Assembly (NCBI GenBank): GCA_965242925.1
Contig: CBDEUM010000038.1
Coordinates: 288,001-352,000 of the forward strand
Reading direction: 5' to 3'
DNA: 64,000 nt
Origin: Roseibacillus sp.
GTDB taxonomy: Bacteria; Verrucomicrobiota; Verrucomicrobiia; Verrucomicrobiales; Akkermansiaceae
The notes under the pieces are model-generated. The model was not told the DNA's origin, did not search any database, and saw nothing but the letters and a program-made list of their open reading frames with translations. The position numbers and the translations under genes were made by a program. Within the stretch, counting starts at the first letter, position 1. Every line of letters begins with the position of its first letter. Shown here piece after piece: positions 17,312 through 27,256 of this stretch.

Positions 17312-20300
17312 TTACCGCCTGATCACCTGGAGGCGCAGGAATTCCCGGTTGCGGGAGCCAATTGGGAACGCCGATCGGTAGGTGTAGGTGGCTGTGCCGT
17401 CCCCGTGGTTCTCGATGGAGACAAGGTGGGTGTCCAGGGAGTTCCAGTTCTGGAGATCGGGGGAGATCTCTGCGCGGTAGAGAGCTTCGTCAGCAGCAAG
17501 GTTTCGCCTGAAGGAGATGTCGAGATGGTTCCGGAGTCCGGCCCCCCCTTCGTTGAGGCTCGTCAGTCCGAGGGTGATGACCGGATCTTCGGCGGGTTCA
17601 GTGTCACTGCTTCCGGTCGCAAATTCAAAGAAGGCGGAGCGCCCGTCCTGATCCGCGTCGATCCCGGGATCGCCTGCGAATGGAACCGAATCATCTCCAC
17701 CGGGGGCCCCTCCCAAGGCTACGCTGGCGCGCCAGTTCCCGGGAACCGAGTGATCGGGGTTGCTGGTTGGTGAGGAGAGGACCAGGGAGAATCCCAGTCC
17801 GTCGGGACTGGGGGGCCAGGGGAGGCTGTCACCGTAGATGAAGCGCCGGATATCCCTGTCATCCTGTCCCTGGAGGGCGATCTCCTCTCCGTTATTTGAG
17901 AGATTCCCAGCAAAAAATCCAGGTGCGATTGTGATGCCTTCGGAGGGATAGGTTTCGGCGAAGACGGCCTCGTTCCTGGCGATGACCACGCGCTGGAGTG
18001 GAGCGAGGACGAACCCCGCGGGAAACTGGTAGGTAATGCCGGCGTCGAAATGGACATCAGTCAGGTCAATGTCCCCCGTGGGGCTGATGTTCATCAGTTC
18101 GATGTACTCGGAATCCTCGCTCGCTCCGATCGGGTTGTACATGATCTCGGTGATTGCCAGGTTTCCGGGAGAGGCGGGTGTGCCCACAATAAAGGAAGCC
18201 TCGGTCAGGGCAGACCACTCCGAGTCATGGAATATCCGGGCCTTGACCGTTTCGGTCCGGGTGAGGGTGATGGGGGCGGGAGGATCGCTAGGCTTGAAGC
18301 CCGAGAGGCGGACATCAAGGCCGAGGTCTCCACTTCCGGTGCTGGACTGGTGTAATTCCACCGCCAGGAGATTACTCCCCTCTACCAGATCCCCCGGGGT
18401 TAACGGATAATCGATGGTGTAGATGTTGCTTTCGTTGCTTCCGGATTGTCCAGTTGAAGCCAAGGTGCTGTATGCGACCGTGCCGGCGGGCATGTTGGTA
18501 CGGCCGATCTCGCGCCCGTTGAGGTAAAGAATGGCTCCATCATCGCGTTTCACGTCCGCGGTGATCCTGATGAAGGAGTTTGCGTCGGTAGCGATGAAGC
18601 TTTTCCGGAAATAAATGGTAGGATGACGATTTCCCGAGGGGCCAATATCAACGATGGTGGCGAGCGATTCGCCTGAGATATCCGTGGTGCTGTCGCCCCC
18701 GAGCATGGCCGGTCCGGCTCCCCAGGCGGCATCGTTGAATCCGGGATGCTTCCAGTCAGACGAACTGTAGGAGGCATGACCCACCACCACGTTGCTGGCA
18801 CTCAGACTGGATCCAGCGTCGAGGTAGTGCCAGTCTGCAGCCTCAAAATCGAGCAGGGTGTCCAGTCTGATGCCGGTTGGAAGTGATTGTGCGGTTGGGT
18901 TGACGGATCCTCCCTGCTGACGGGGGTCTGAGCCATCGAGGGTATAGTGAATGGTGCCCTCCGCTCCGGTGATATTGAGATCAAATCCGTCAGGAACGAC
19001 TCCGCCAGACTGGCTTAGAATGGGTGCATCAATACCGGGAAAGAGATCATTGGCACGCAGTTCCCGGATAGTGGAGCGGCTGTCGTTCTGGTCGTGCAGA
19101 GTGGGGATGTAGTTATTGATGACGTTGTCGCGTTCCACCACCCAGTGCTGTTCGCGGGTGAAATAGATCGGGTTGTTGACGGTGGGTGGGTGGTAGTCGG
19201 CATTGATATCACGGGACGATCCGGGGGTGTTTCCGTAGGGTGTGGTAGCCTGAGTGTCACCCCAGCGAGCTGACTCGGCCACGATGGCCTTGTCGATCCG
19301 GTTGGCGAGTCCGAGGTATCGGTCTATGGAAGCCTGTTCACTCAGAGCCCCTTCGTTGAAGAGGTGCTTTTGTACGCGGTCCGCGAAGAGCATGCGGAAT
19401 TCAGCGTTTCGACGCAGTCGCTGGAAGGGTGCGCCTGCCCCACTGGAGCTGCCGTAGCGGTTCCAGGAGAACTTATCGAGGACGATCTCCTGATCCCAGC
19501 ACCAGAAGCGGTATTTACCATCGCCACTCCTGATATTGGCGGCGGCGTCACCATTGTGGTGCGGCCAGTCCTCCGAATCGGCATAAAAGTGGAGGAGCAT
19601 GTAATCCGCGAAGTTAACTACATCGAGGTAATTCTTGATGGAGTTGTAGACCCTGTTGTCCGCAATGTTGCCGTTGGCGATACTCATCATCCGGTTCCAG
19701 CGGGATCCGCCCCCACTGAGATCCTTGTTGACCTCCCAGTCCTCCTTCGCGCCGCCGAGGTGTTCAGCCCAGAAGTTGTCCTCTAGGCGCTCGGTGAGGT
19801 TATGGAGGCCGAAGTAGAGCCCATTGACGTAGAGATGGACGAAATTCCCGTGGCTTGAGGGCTGCCCCATGTCCCGCAAGCTCTCTTTCATCCAGACGTC
19901 GCGGATATACTGGGAATCATTCGGGCGGTAGCGCGAACTGCCCCAGGAGACAAGGCCCCAGGAATCGGTGAAGCAGGCGCGCAGGACGAGCTTGTTGAAC
20001 CGGTCGACCGGGGATTCCGGAAAGAGGGGGTATTCCAGACGCCCAGGCCCGCCAAATTCAGTGGTGAAGGTCACGCGAAGGGAATGTTTCTGCATGCGGT
20101 AGGGACGACGACTGGCATTCCCATGAACCTCGATCTTGGCGTCGACCTGGAATCCAGGTTCCCCGTCGGGACGAATATACTCAACGGAACAGGGGCGTTC
20201 GAAACGGCTTTGCGGGTTGGAATACATGCCGGTGTCGGGCGAGGAGTTGTCGTTGAGAAAATCGGACGGCTTCATCGCGATCGAGACCGAGGGAATATCG

Positions 20301-22618
20301 AGGAGGGCTTCCGCTACGCTGTAACCCGGGAGCGTGTTGTTGACGACGCGCCGGTCCATCGCGTAATCGGCAGGCACGATGGATCCGGCATCGGAGCTGT
20401 AGTTCCAGTCGGTGGGCCAGCCGCGCGGGGCCGCAGGTTGCCGGGCGACTCTGTCGACGAAGATATACGTCTGGGTGTCTGTGTTGGTCGAAAGCCAGTC
20501 CGCCTTGTAGGCGACTGCGCGCAAGGTGGTGGTGGTGTTGATGGAGACCGGTTCACTGTAGATCGTGCCACGGGTAGGCGATGGTTTCGAGCCGTCGGTG
20601 GTATAGCGGATGGAGGCGTCGCGGGAATCGCTGGAGATGGAGACTGAGATCGGGGCGCTGTAGAATCCGCGATCGACATCGAATCTGGTGTCCTTGACTA
20701 CCCCCGGGAATCCGTTCCCGTTGGCAGCCCCGGGGGTAGGGGGACTGAAGAATCGAGGGGACCCGGTGTCGGCCTGTGAACCGTAGGAAATGTCGGTGAA
20801 CTGCCCGGGGAAGGAGGGGTGGAAGGCGTCATCGATGGTCGCGCCGTCCGGGCGCACGATGGCAAGGTATTCACCGACGGCCTCGAGCTTGAAGTTGGTA
20901 TGCGGATTTCCTTCGGGATCGACCTGGTTGATCCCGGAAGCGAAGACCACGAGGTAGTCATTTCCGGAGATGACAACGTCCGGGAATGCCCACTTGGTGA
21001 GGTTGTCGGGATCGTCGGTCAGGTAGTAGGAGTTGAGATTGAGCGCGATGGGATTGGGGTTATAGATTTCGATCCAGTCCTCGCGGGTGTCGAATCCGTC
21101 CCGCAGGCCGGTTCGATTGCCTGCAAGGATCTCGTTGATAACGAGAGGGAGGAGGAGATCGGGGAAGTTGGCCGGATTGTTCGGGTCAGAGCCCCCGTTG
21201 ATTTCAACCGGATCGCCGAAGCCGTCCCCATCGCTGTCGACCATGTTGGGGTTGGTGAGATGTCCGTTGTCGAGCGAGATTTCAGTTGCATCATCAAGGC
21301 CGTCCCCATCGGTGTCCCTGAGGAGGGGGCTGGATCCGGGATTCGTCGCTCCATTGAAGACTCCGCTCCCGTTTTCGAGGTCGTCGTTCAGTCCGTCGCC
21401 ATCCGTGTCACTCCTGACAGGGTTGCTGCCGAGGGTCTGCTCCTGCAGGTTGCTGAGGAGGTCGCCGTCATTGTTGCCGACTCCCGTGGCGGTGGTGACG
21501 TTGCCGAACCAGGTGAGTTCCCATCCGTCATCGAGGCCATCGAAATCGGAGTCGTTGACCAGTTCCAGGGGGAAGGCCTTCTGGTAAGTGTGCCCGAGGA
21601 GATCGGTAGTCTGCACCCGCACGGAAAGGATTGTCCCGGCGGCAAAGGTAGTGAGGTCACGGTTGGTGTGGAGTTGATCGCCCACAATGTCGAACTCTCC
21701 ATTGTGATTGTCCCCGGCGCCGGGGATCAGACTGTATGTGAAGGAATCCCCGGGGGTGATATCCGTGGAAGTCAGGGTTCCGACCACGGTTCCCACGATG
21801 GCACTGTGCGAGATCGTGTTACCGGAAAGGGCGAGGTCGGTAGGAGAATCCGGAGGACTGGTCTGGGTGATTTCGAAGCCGTTAATGACCGCGAACTGGG
21901 TGTGGACCGAGGTGGTCGACAACGGGATCACACGCAGGATGAGGTCCTGCCCGGGCATGGCCTGGAAATCAAATTCAACGGTGGAAGGCAGGGTTTCGGG
22001 GTGGGGACCGCCATAGGTCTGAGCGCTGGCAGGATTGCCTCCCGGGGAGCTATCGGTCTGCCGGAAGGCACCCCCTGCTTCCGGGCCCTCCACCAGGGTA
22101 TAGGAGCCGCCTCCATTGGTGGAATACTCGACCAGGAAGAGCCCGTTCATGTGCTCGGTATCATGATGGAAGGAGCGCCAGTGATAGGTCGCAGCCGGCA
22201 GGTTCTCGAGGGTGAAGGTGATTCGGGTGGGGGTGCCGTTCACGCCGTCATAGTCACCATTCCCGCCATTGCCGCTGCGGGTGTCGACTCCGATCCAGTC
22301 GGTGACGAGGTCCAGTTTGCTCCCGGTCCAGTTCCCGTCGTTGCCGCTGCCGCGGTCAATCATCTGTTGCACGCGTCTGTCGCTGGAGTCCGGGAAATCG
22401 ACCGTAAGGGAGATGGTGGTTCCGAAGATGCTGTAGTCACGGGGAGAGAGGAAATCGGAGGTGCTCTCATGGGCCGCGTCGTAGGAATGGTAGCCGGTCT
22501 CGGGGTGCGGTCCTCCGTCATTGCTGGTTGAATTGAAGTCGATGAAGAACTGGGCGGAGCAAGGTGAGGCATGGGCGGCGAGCAACAGGATGCCTAGGAT
22601 GGGTTTGCGGAAGTTCAT
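17312..22618 (-). CDS. Giant surface protein: cadherin-like, Ca-binding DxDGDG repeats, lamin-tail, CHB_HEX_C/Fn3-like and CotH kinase domains
   Basis: 1768 aa; signal peptide; DTDGDGLND repeats; VINEILA...DWIEIYN and ITEIMYNP...EYIELMN (lamin tail); IRYTTDGSKP; HLYVNGLYFGLHNLTE, DWPHHN, WDQE (CotH). Confidence 0.85.
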   Translation of the reverse strand: MNFRKPILGILLLAAHASPCSAQFFIDFNSTSNDGGPHPETGYHSYDAAHESTSDFLSPRDYSIFGTTISLTVDFPDSSDRRVQQMIDRGSGNDGNWTGSKLDLVTDWIGVDTRSGNGGNGDYDGVNGTPTRITFTLENLPAATYHWRSFHHDTEHMNGLFLVEYSTNGGGSYTLVEGPEAGGAFRQTDSSPGGNPASAQTYGGPHPETLPSTVEFDFQAMPGQDLILRVIPLSTTSVHTQFAVINGFEITQTSPPDSPTDLALSGNTISHSAIVGTVVGTLTSTDITPGDSFTYSLIPGAGDNHNGEFDIVGDQLHTNRDLTTFAAGTILSVRVQTTDLLGHTYQKAFPLELVNDSDFDGLDDGWELTWFGNVTTATGVGNNDGDLLSNLQEQTLGSNPVRSDTDGDGLNDDLENGSGVFNGATNPGSSPLLRDTDGDGLDDATEISLDNGHLTNPNMVDSDGDGFGDPVEINGGSDPNNPANFPDLLLPLVINEILAGNRTGLRDGFDTREDWIEIYNPNPIALNLNSYYLTDDPDNLTKWAFPDVVISGNDYLVVFASGINQVDPEGNPHTNFKLEAVGEYLAIVRPDGATIDDAFHPSFPGQFTDISYGSQADTGSPRFFSPPTPGAANGNGFPGVVKDTRFDVDRGFYSAPISVSISSDSRDASIRYTTDGSKPSPTRGTIYSEPVSINTTTTLRAVAYKADWLSTNTDTQTYIFVDRVARQPAAPRGWPTDWNYSSDAGSIVPADYAMDRRVVNNTLPGYSVAEALLDIPSVSIAMKPSDFLNDNSSPDTGMYSNPQSRFERPCSVEYIRPDGEPGFQVDAKIEVHGNASRRPYRMQKHSLRVTFTTEFGGPGRLEYPLFPESPVDRFNKLVLRACFTDSWGLVSWGSSRYRPNDSQYIRDVWMKESLRDMGQPSSHGNFVHLYVNGLYFGLHNLTERLEDNFWAEHLGGAKEDWEVNKDLSGGGSRWNRMMSIANGNIADNRVYNSIKNYLDVVNFADYMLLHFYADSEDWPHHNGDAAANIRSGDGKYRFWCWDQEIVLDKFSWNRYGSSSGAGAPFQRLRRNAEFRMLFADRVQKHLFNEGALSEQASIDRYLGLANRIDKAIVAESARWGDTQATTPYGNTPGSSRDINADYHPPTVNNPIYFTREQHWVVERDNVINNYIPTLHDQNDSRSTIRELRANDLFPGIDAPILSQSGGVVPDGFDLNITGAEGTIHYTLDGSDPRQQGGSVNPTAQSLPTGIRLDTLLDFEAADWHYLDAGSSLSASNVVVGHASYSSSDWKHPGFNDAAWGAGPAMLGGDSTTDISGESLATIVDIGPSGNRHPTIYFRKSFIATDANSFIRITADVKRDDGAILYLNGREIGRTNMPAGTVAYSTLASTGQSGSNESNIYTIDYPLTPGDLVEGSNLLAVELHQSSTGSGDLGLDVRLSGFKPSDPPAPITLTRTETVKARIFHDSEWSALTEASFIVGTPASPGNLAITEIMYNPIGASEDSEYIELMNISPTGDIDLTDVHFDAGITYQFPAGFVLAPLQRVVIARNEAVFAETYPSEGITIAPGFFAGNLSNNGEEIALQGQDDRDIRRFIYGDSLPWPPSPDGLGFSLVLSSPTSNPDHSVPGNWRASVALGGAPGGDDSVPFAGDPGIDADQDGRSAFFEFATGSSDTEPAEDPVITLGLTSLNEGGAGLRNHLDISFRRNLAADEALYRAEISPDLQNWNSLDTHLVSIENHGDGTATYTYRSAFPIGSRNREFLRLQVIRR

Positions 22619-22710
22619 CAGGGGGTCCTCAGGAACCTAGCGGCCTGGTGGGGTAATCGCAACTTTTCCGGGGCGCCGCTTCCGCGCCTTGCCCCCTCAT
22701 CCAGAATATG

Positions 22711-22738
22711 AAAAAGGCCGGCGGGAAGCCGGCCTTTT
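22711..22738 (-). terminator. Intrinsic (possibly bidirectional) terminator downstream of the PEP-CTERM gene
   Basis: AAAAAGGCCGGC-GGGAA-GCCGGCCTTTT. Confidence 0.85.
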
Positions 22739-22765
22739 GAAGGATCGATTCTGTTCGATCAAGGG

Positions 22766-23638
22766 TTAGCGACGACGCCGGGCGAGCAGGCCCAGCCCGA
22801 TCAAGCCCAACAGAGCGGTCGAGGGCTCAGGAACGGCGTTGAGGGGAGTCGCGAAGTCGATGGCGTTGATGAGCGCCTGAGTGCCCGCCGGAGTCATGTT
22901 GGCGAGATCGTTTGCGCCGTTGTTGCCGGCGTTCGGGTCATTGTCCGTGTTGAAGAGGAGGCGAATTCCCGGGAAGGTATCCACATCCGCAGCGGCGGGA
23001 TTACCCGGGGCGGATCCGATGGACCAGTAGGCAGCGAGGGTATCACCTCCCACGGTCGCCAGAATGGTCCCCCCACCAAAGGCGGTCGACCCTTGTCCGA
23101 GACCATTGAAGTTATCGGCGGCCGCGGCCACCGCGGAGAGCAAGTCGTGCGAGCCAGCCGCCAGACCAAGGATGGATGCCCCACCAGCGGTCACGAGTGA
23201 CTCATCACCGCCGATCTGCTGACCTGTCGTCGTGCTGCTGCCGTGCCAGCCCATACGATTGCCGTTCTGGCGCACGGTGTAGCTGGTTAAGCTGACCACC
23301 GGGATGGTGAGCGAGTTGTAGCCGGAAGCGTCGAAGTTGTCGTAATGGCCGCTCGACAGGGATCGTCCAATGACCACGACATCGGCGGCACCGCCACCCG
23401 CAAATGCTCCCGTCCCATTGAGGGCGTCCTGAGTTCCGGCGGCATTGAAATTTGCCCAATTCGAATGCCGGATCTCGGTCACATTGGTAAAATTGGTGGA
23501 GAGGAAGGTTTCGATGTTCCCCGCTGAGTCTGCTGGAACCAAGTCGGAGAGCATGATGACCAATGCCGAGGACGGAGCGGTGCTGAGGCCGAGGACGAGT
23601 AAGGATGCCAGGGCGCCAAGTTTGTTGTGGATCTTCAT
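22766..23638 (-). CDS. PEP-CTERM sorting domain protein
   Basis: Signal peptide from MKIHNK; C-terminus VPEPSTALLGLIGLGLLARRRR. Confidence 0.92.
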   Translation of the reverse strand: MKIHNKLGALASLLVLGLSTAPSSALVIMLSDLVPADSAGNIETFLSTNFTNVTEIRHSNWANFNAAGTQDALNGTGAFAGGGAADVVVIGRSLSSGHYDNFDASGYNSLTIPVVSLTSYTVRQNGNRMGWHGSSTTTGQQIGGDESLVTAGGASILGLAAGSHDLLSAVAAAADNFNGLGQGSTAFGGGTILATVGGDTLAAYWSIGSAPGNPAAADVDTFPGIRLLFNTDNDPNAGNNGANDLANMTPAGTQALINAIDFATPLNAVPEPSTALLGLIGLGLLARRRR

Positions 23639-23815
23639 GAGAGTGGTGATTCGCGCTGAGTGAGATGACAAAAACCGCAGAGATTAGTCAAGGAATACTC
23701 AGAGCCTTTAGCTTTCCAAACCCTTAAAGTTTCCTGACTGGAAATGCAAGACATGTGATCAGGTGGCCGGGAGCAAAGAGAAACCCGCTGTTTACCGGGT
23801 CAGGGGGCACAGTGC

Positions 23816-24748
23816 TCACTTCCGGAGGAGGGTGCTCAGCATCTCCGAGGTCACCGCGAGGGAGATTTCCAGGCTATCGCGTGAGATGCGCCGCAGATTG
23901 TCCGCCTCGGTGTGCCACCAGCCAAACTGACTGAAATCGCCGATGACATCGATGGTGGGGATGCCGGCATTGTTGAGTGCGACGTGGTCGTCCATGATGG
24001 GATTGAGGCTCCTGGTGAAGCGATCCAAGCTGCTGGTTTTACGGGCGGCGTCCAGGAGGGCGTCCTCAAGGAATGATGGAGTGTCGGAAGGATAACGGAT
24101 TTTCAGATCCTTGTGCCCGATCATGTCCAGGATGATTCCAAATGAAGGGCTTCTGGCGGCGGTGCGCCAATGCTGCGCGTAATGCCTGCTCCCGTAGAGA
24201 CCATCACTGGGACTGATGTTCTGCCCGAAGGCTTCCTCACCATCGAAGAAAACGAGTTCGATCCGGGAAGCTTTTCCGGGGTCGTCCCGGAGCTGGCGGG
24301 CTAACTCGAGGATGACGCCCACCGCGGAGGCCGCATCATCAGCCCCGATGAATCGTCGGCCGGGGTAGAACTTGGAATCGATGTGGGCACCAAGCAGGCC
24401 GTCGATCTGATCTTCGGTGGCGGACCCAAACCGGGCGATGAGGTTAATGAAACGCAACTGCTTCCCAAGGGGGGCTACCTGCTGGGTGAAGGGCTGGGGA
24501 GTGACGGTCCATCCGATCTGTTCCAGTTGGTCCGTGATGTAGGCACGTGTATTCTTGAGGGCGGCCGACTCGGTGGGGCGGGGGCCAAAGGAGAGGATTT
24601 CGCGGGTGTGGGCGTAGGCCGCACGCGCGCCCGTATGGGCGCGTTCGGGGGGGAGTTTGGGTTTGTTTTTCCTGCAACCCGGAAGGAGGCCGCACATGAT
24701 TGGAGCGGCGAGCAGGGAGAAAAGGGCAAAAAAGAGTCGGCGGTTCAT
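23816..24748 (-). CDS. M28-family peptidase (glutaminyl-cyclase-like) lipoprotein
   Basis: Lipobox LLPGC; AHIDSK, GADDAAS, FFDGEEA, LDMIG, DDH, WHT. Confidence 0.88.
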   Translation of the reverse strand: MNRRLFFALFSLLAAPIMCGLLPGCRKNKPKLPPERAHTGARAAYAHTREILSFGPRPTESAALKNTRAYITDQLEQIGWTVTPQPFTQQVAPLGKQLRFINLIARFGSATEDQIDGLLGAHIDSKFYPGRRFIGADDAASAVGVILELARQLRDDPGKASRIELVFFDGEEAFGQNISPSDGLYGSRHYAQHWRTAARSPSFGIILDMIGHKDLKIRYPSDTPSFLEDALLDAARKTSSLDRFTRSLNPIMDDHVALNNAGIPTIDVIGDFSQFGWWHTEADNLRRISRDSLEISLAVTSEMLSTLLRK

Positions 24749-24781
24749 GGGGTTGCTCCGCGCTTGCAGGCCCGAAGAAAC

Positions 24782-25726
24782 CTACAGGTCCTCGGTCGAT
24801 ACTCCCAGAACATCCAGGAGTCGCCCCAGATCGTCATTGCCGTAGTATTCCAGTTCGATGCGCCCCTTCTTAGGGGTGTGGGAAATGGAAACGTGGGTGG
24901 TAAAGTGCTCCCGCAAACGGGAGGTGAGGGAGCGAACCATGGCCTCCGTTTCGGGGTCATTGGTCTTGGGGCCTTTCCCAGACTCCGATCCGTTGCCGGC
25001 CTGCAGCTGCTGCACCAGTTTCTCGGTAGCCCGCACGGTGAGGCGCCGGCGCATCACCTGTTCCGCGATTTCACGTTGCTCTCGCTTTACCTTGATCCCG
25101 AGGATTGCCTTGGCGTGTCCGACCGTGATGAGCCCGTCAGCGACAAATTTCTGGATGTCCTTGTGCAGGTCAAGGAGTCGCATGGAGTTGGCCACCGTGG
25201 CGCGGGACTTGCCCACGCGTTTGGCGATTTCGTCCTGCCTCATGTCGAACTCCTTGGCGAGTTTGACATACCCGTTGGCTTCTTCGATGGCGTTGAGATC
25301 CTGGCGTTGCAGGTTTTCCACCAGGGCCATTTCGAGAACCTCGCGGTCACTGGCCTTGCGGACGATGACCGGAACGGTTTCCAGTTCGAGCTTTTGACAG
25401 GCACGCCAGCGGCGTTCTCCCGCGATCAGTTCGAACTTGCCCCGCACCCGGCGCGTGATGAGAGGTTGGATGATCCCGTGAGCCCGGATCGACTCAACCA
25501 GTTCCTCCAGATTGCTTTCAGGAATGTCGCCGCGTGGCTGGAGCGGACTCTTGACCACGTCAGTGATGGCGACCTCGCTTACTTCCGATCCGGGTTCCTT
25601 GTCGTCCTTGCTCTTGGCGCGCTTTTTCGCTGTCGAAGCAGATCGGTTGCTTTTTGCCGGGGCGCTTTTCGTTGTCGGCTTCCTGATGAGGGCCCCCAAT
25701 CCTTTTCCTAGCGCCTGTTTCGCCAT
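24782..25726 (-). CDS. parB: ParB/Spo0J chromosome partitioning protein
   Basis: ALGKGLGALI, QPR, GIIQPL, LIAGERRWRA, ALVENLQRQDLNAIEEA, HTH VGKSRATVANSMRLL; start reset to MAKQ. Confidence 0.93.
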   Translation of the reverse strand: MAKQALGKGLGALIRKPTTKSAPAKSNRSASTAKKRAKSKDDKEPGSEVSEVAITDVVKSPLQPRGDIPESNLEELVESIRAHGIIQPLITRRVRGKFELIAGERRWRACQKLELETVPVIVRKASDREVLEMALVENLQRQDLNAIEEANGYVKLAKEFDMRQDEIAKRVGKSRATVANSMRLLDLHKDIQKFVADGLITVGHAKAILGIKVKREQREIAEQVMRRRLTVRATEKLVQQLQAGNGSESGKGPKTNDPETEAMVRSLTSRLREHFTTHVSISHTPKKGRIELEYYGNDDLGRLLDVLGVSTEDL

Positions 25727-25931
25727 GTCCGGCGAGATTAGGCCAGACCCTCCGGCAAGAGCAAAGCTCATTTCGTCATTTAATCTAACAGGGGTTTGAA
25801 GCCCTGGTCGGGCTAAGGAGGAGGTTCCCCATGAGGGAGGAGTGAATTTTCCGGATGATTCCATTGGGGGGAGGTTCCGTCCCCGGGGCTGGAGCTTGAC
25901 GACTGGCTTCCCCTGTCCCAGAAATACCCCC

Positions 25932-26567
25932 GTGAGGAGTGTTTTGTTGTCCGTGCTGATTGCGGCCTTTGTGGTGGGAGACTTTCGACAGGCAGCGGCC
26001 CAGGGAGATGGCAGGGTGCCGCAGTCCGTGCTGGACCAGGCTGAGGTGGCTACGCGGGCAATGGGCCAGCAGGTGCTGCAGGGAAATTTCAGGATTACCC
26101 TGGAGCGCATGTATCCCCGCTGGAAAAAGCGGGCCGCCAAGAAGCTCCAGGGAGGGCAGGTTGAGTTGGCCAGACGCCTTGCCGAAATCCCCAAGGAGAT
26201 GGCCAGGCAGGGGATTTCCATGCTGAATTACGAGGTCCGGAAACCGACCAGTGCCCACGAGGTGGTCCTGTTGCGGGGAGAGGATAAGGAGGGTCAACCG
26301 ATCAACATGTATCTTGAATGGCTGGTCTTCGTTCCCACCCGGGCGGAATACCGCGTCATTGATCCAAAGACCCGTTTACCGAGAAAAATTGAGACTCTGG
26401 GGTTTCAGGTCGCGGTGAACAAGAAAGGGACTCCCGACTGGCACTTCATAGACGGACGGAATTGCAGCATCGCAGACCTGAGAAGTTTTTTTCCCAGCCT
26501 TCCTAGGGATCAGAAGCTCCTCGGGTTGCCTCAAGTTGGCGGAGGAGAGATACGACGGGAGCCTTGA
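25932..26567 (+). CDS. Secreted hypothetical protein
   Basis: GTG start followed by a hydrophobic signal-like segment (VLLSVLIAAFVVG); fills the gap before the SET gene. Confidence 0.65.
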   Translation: MRSVLLSVLIAAFVVGDFRQAAAQGDGRVPQSVLDQAEVATRAMGQQVLQGNFRITLERMYPRWKKRAAKKLQGGQVELARRLAEIPKEMARQGISMLNYEVRKPTSAHEVVLLRGEDKEGQPINMYLEWLVFVPTRAEYRVIDPKTRLPRKIETLGFQVAVNKKGTPDWHFIDGRNCSIADLRSFFPSLPRDQKLLGLPQVGGGEIRREP

Positions 26568-26621
26568 TCCCGGTGATCAGGAGGAAGTAGAACTGAACTC
26601 GATTAGCGCTACAAGAGGATC

Positions 26622-27236
26622 ATGGGAAAATCGAAGAAGGCAGGGTCGAACACCAGAGGGAAGGGGAAGAAACTGAAAAAGGCGGCCCGCCTCCGGCGCC
26701 AACTGGAACAGTTGATGGAGCGGGCAAAGAGCGAATACTGCGAAGTACGGAACTCGGACATTCATGGCACGGGGGTCTATGCGTCAAAGCCAATACCTTC
26801 GGGTAAGCGCATCATCGAGTATATCGGAGAAAAGATCGACAAGGAGGAGAGCGAAAAGCGTGCCACAACTCAGATGGAGCATGCCGAGAAGACTGGGGAC
26901 GCAGCAGTCTACATTTTCACCCTGAACAAGAAGTGGGATCTCGACGGAAACGTCTCCTGGAACACGGCCCGTCTCCTGAATCACTCCTGCGCTCCCAATT
27001 GCGAGGCATGGATAGAGGAGAATCAGATCTTTCTCTATGCCCTGCGGGAAATCGATACGGGGGAGGAGCTCACCTTTGATTACGGGTTTGATATCGAAAA
27101 TTATGAAGATCATCCCTGCCTCTGTGGAAATGATGACTGCGTGGGCTACATCGTGAGCCGGGACAACTGGCCGGAACTCAAGGAGCGACTCGCCGAAAAA
27201 GAAAAGGCCGAGGGAACGGGGGCAATCGCAAGTTAG
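26622..27236 (+). CDS. SET-domain protein-lysine N-methyltransferase
   Basis: IHGTGVYA, IIEYIGE, ARLLNHSCAPNC, GEELTFDYG, post-SET CLCGNDDCVG. Confidence 0.92.
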   Translation: MGKSKKAGSNTRGKGKKLKKAARLRRQLEQLMERAKSEYCEVRNSDIHGTGVYASKPIPSGKRIIEYIGEKIDKEESEKRATTQMEHAEKTGDAAVYIFTLNKKWDLDGNVSWNTARLLNHSCAPNCEAWIEENQIFLYALREIDTGEELTFDYGFDIENYEDHPCLCGNDDCVGYIVSRDNWPELKERLAEKEKAEGTGAIAS

Positions 27237-27256
27237 AGAAGAAAGGAACCCACCTG

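Noticed and set aside
20819..22531. 570-aa plus-strand ORF (likewise 24383-25711, 52925-54235, 8993-10117, 13669-14655)
   Set aside because: Antisense shadows of well-supported genes in GC-rich DNA, with no motifs
23650..23685. TCTCTGCGG upstream of the PEP-CTERM gene as a third ECF promoter (similar case at 33073)
   Set aside because: No CGCAT at 17-nt spacing
24782..25930. parS site near parB
   Set aside because: No TGTTTCACGTGAAACA-like palindrome found by eye
25727..26221. Long N-terminal extensions in the ORF track (parB, and ORFs 55880, 56283, 35230, 27453, 51859)
   Set aside because: They overlap neighbouring genes; family motifs or signal peptides begin at downstream starts
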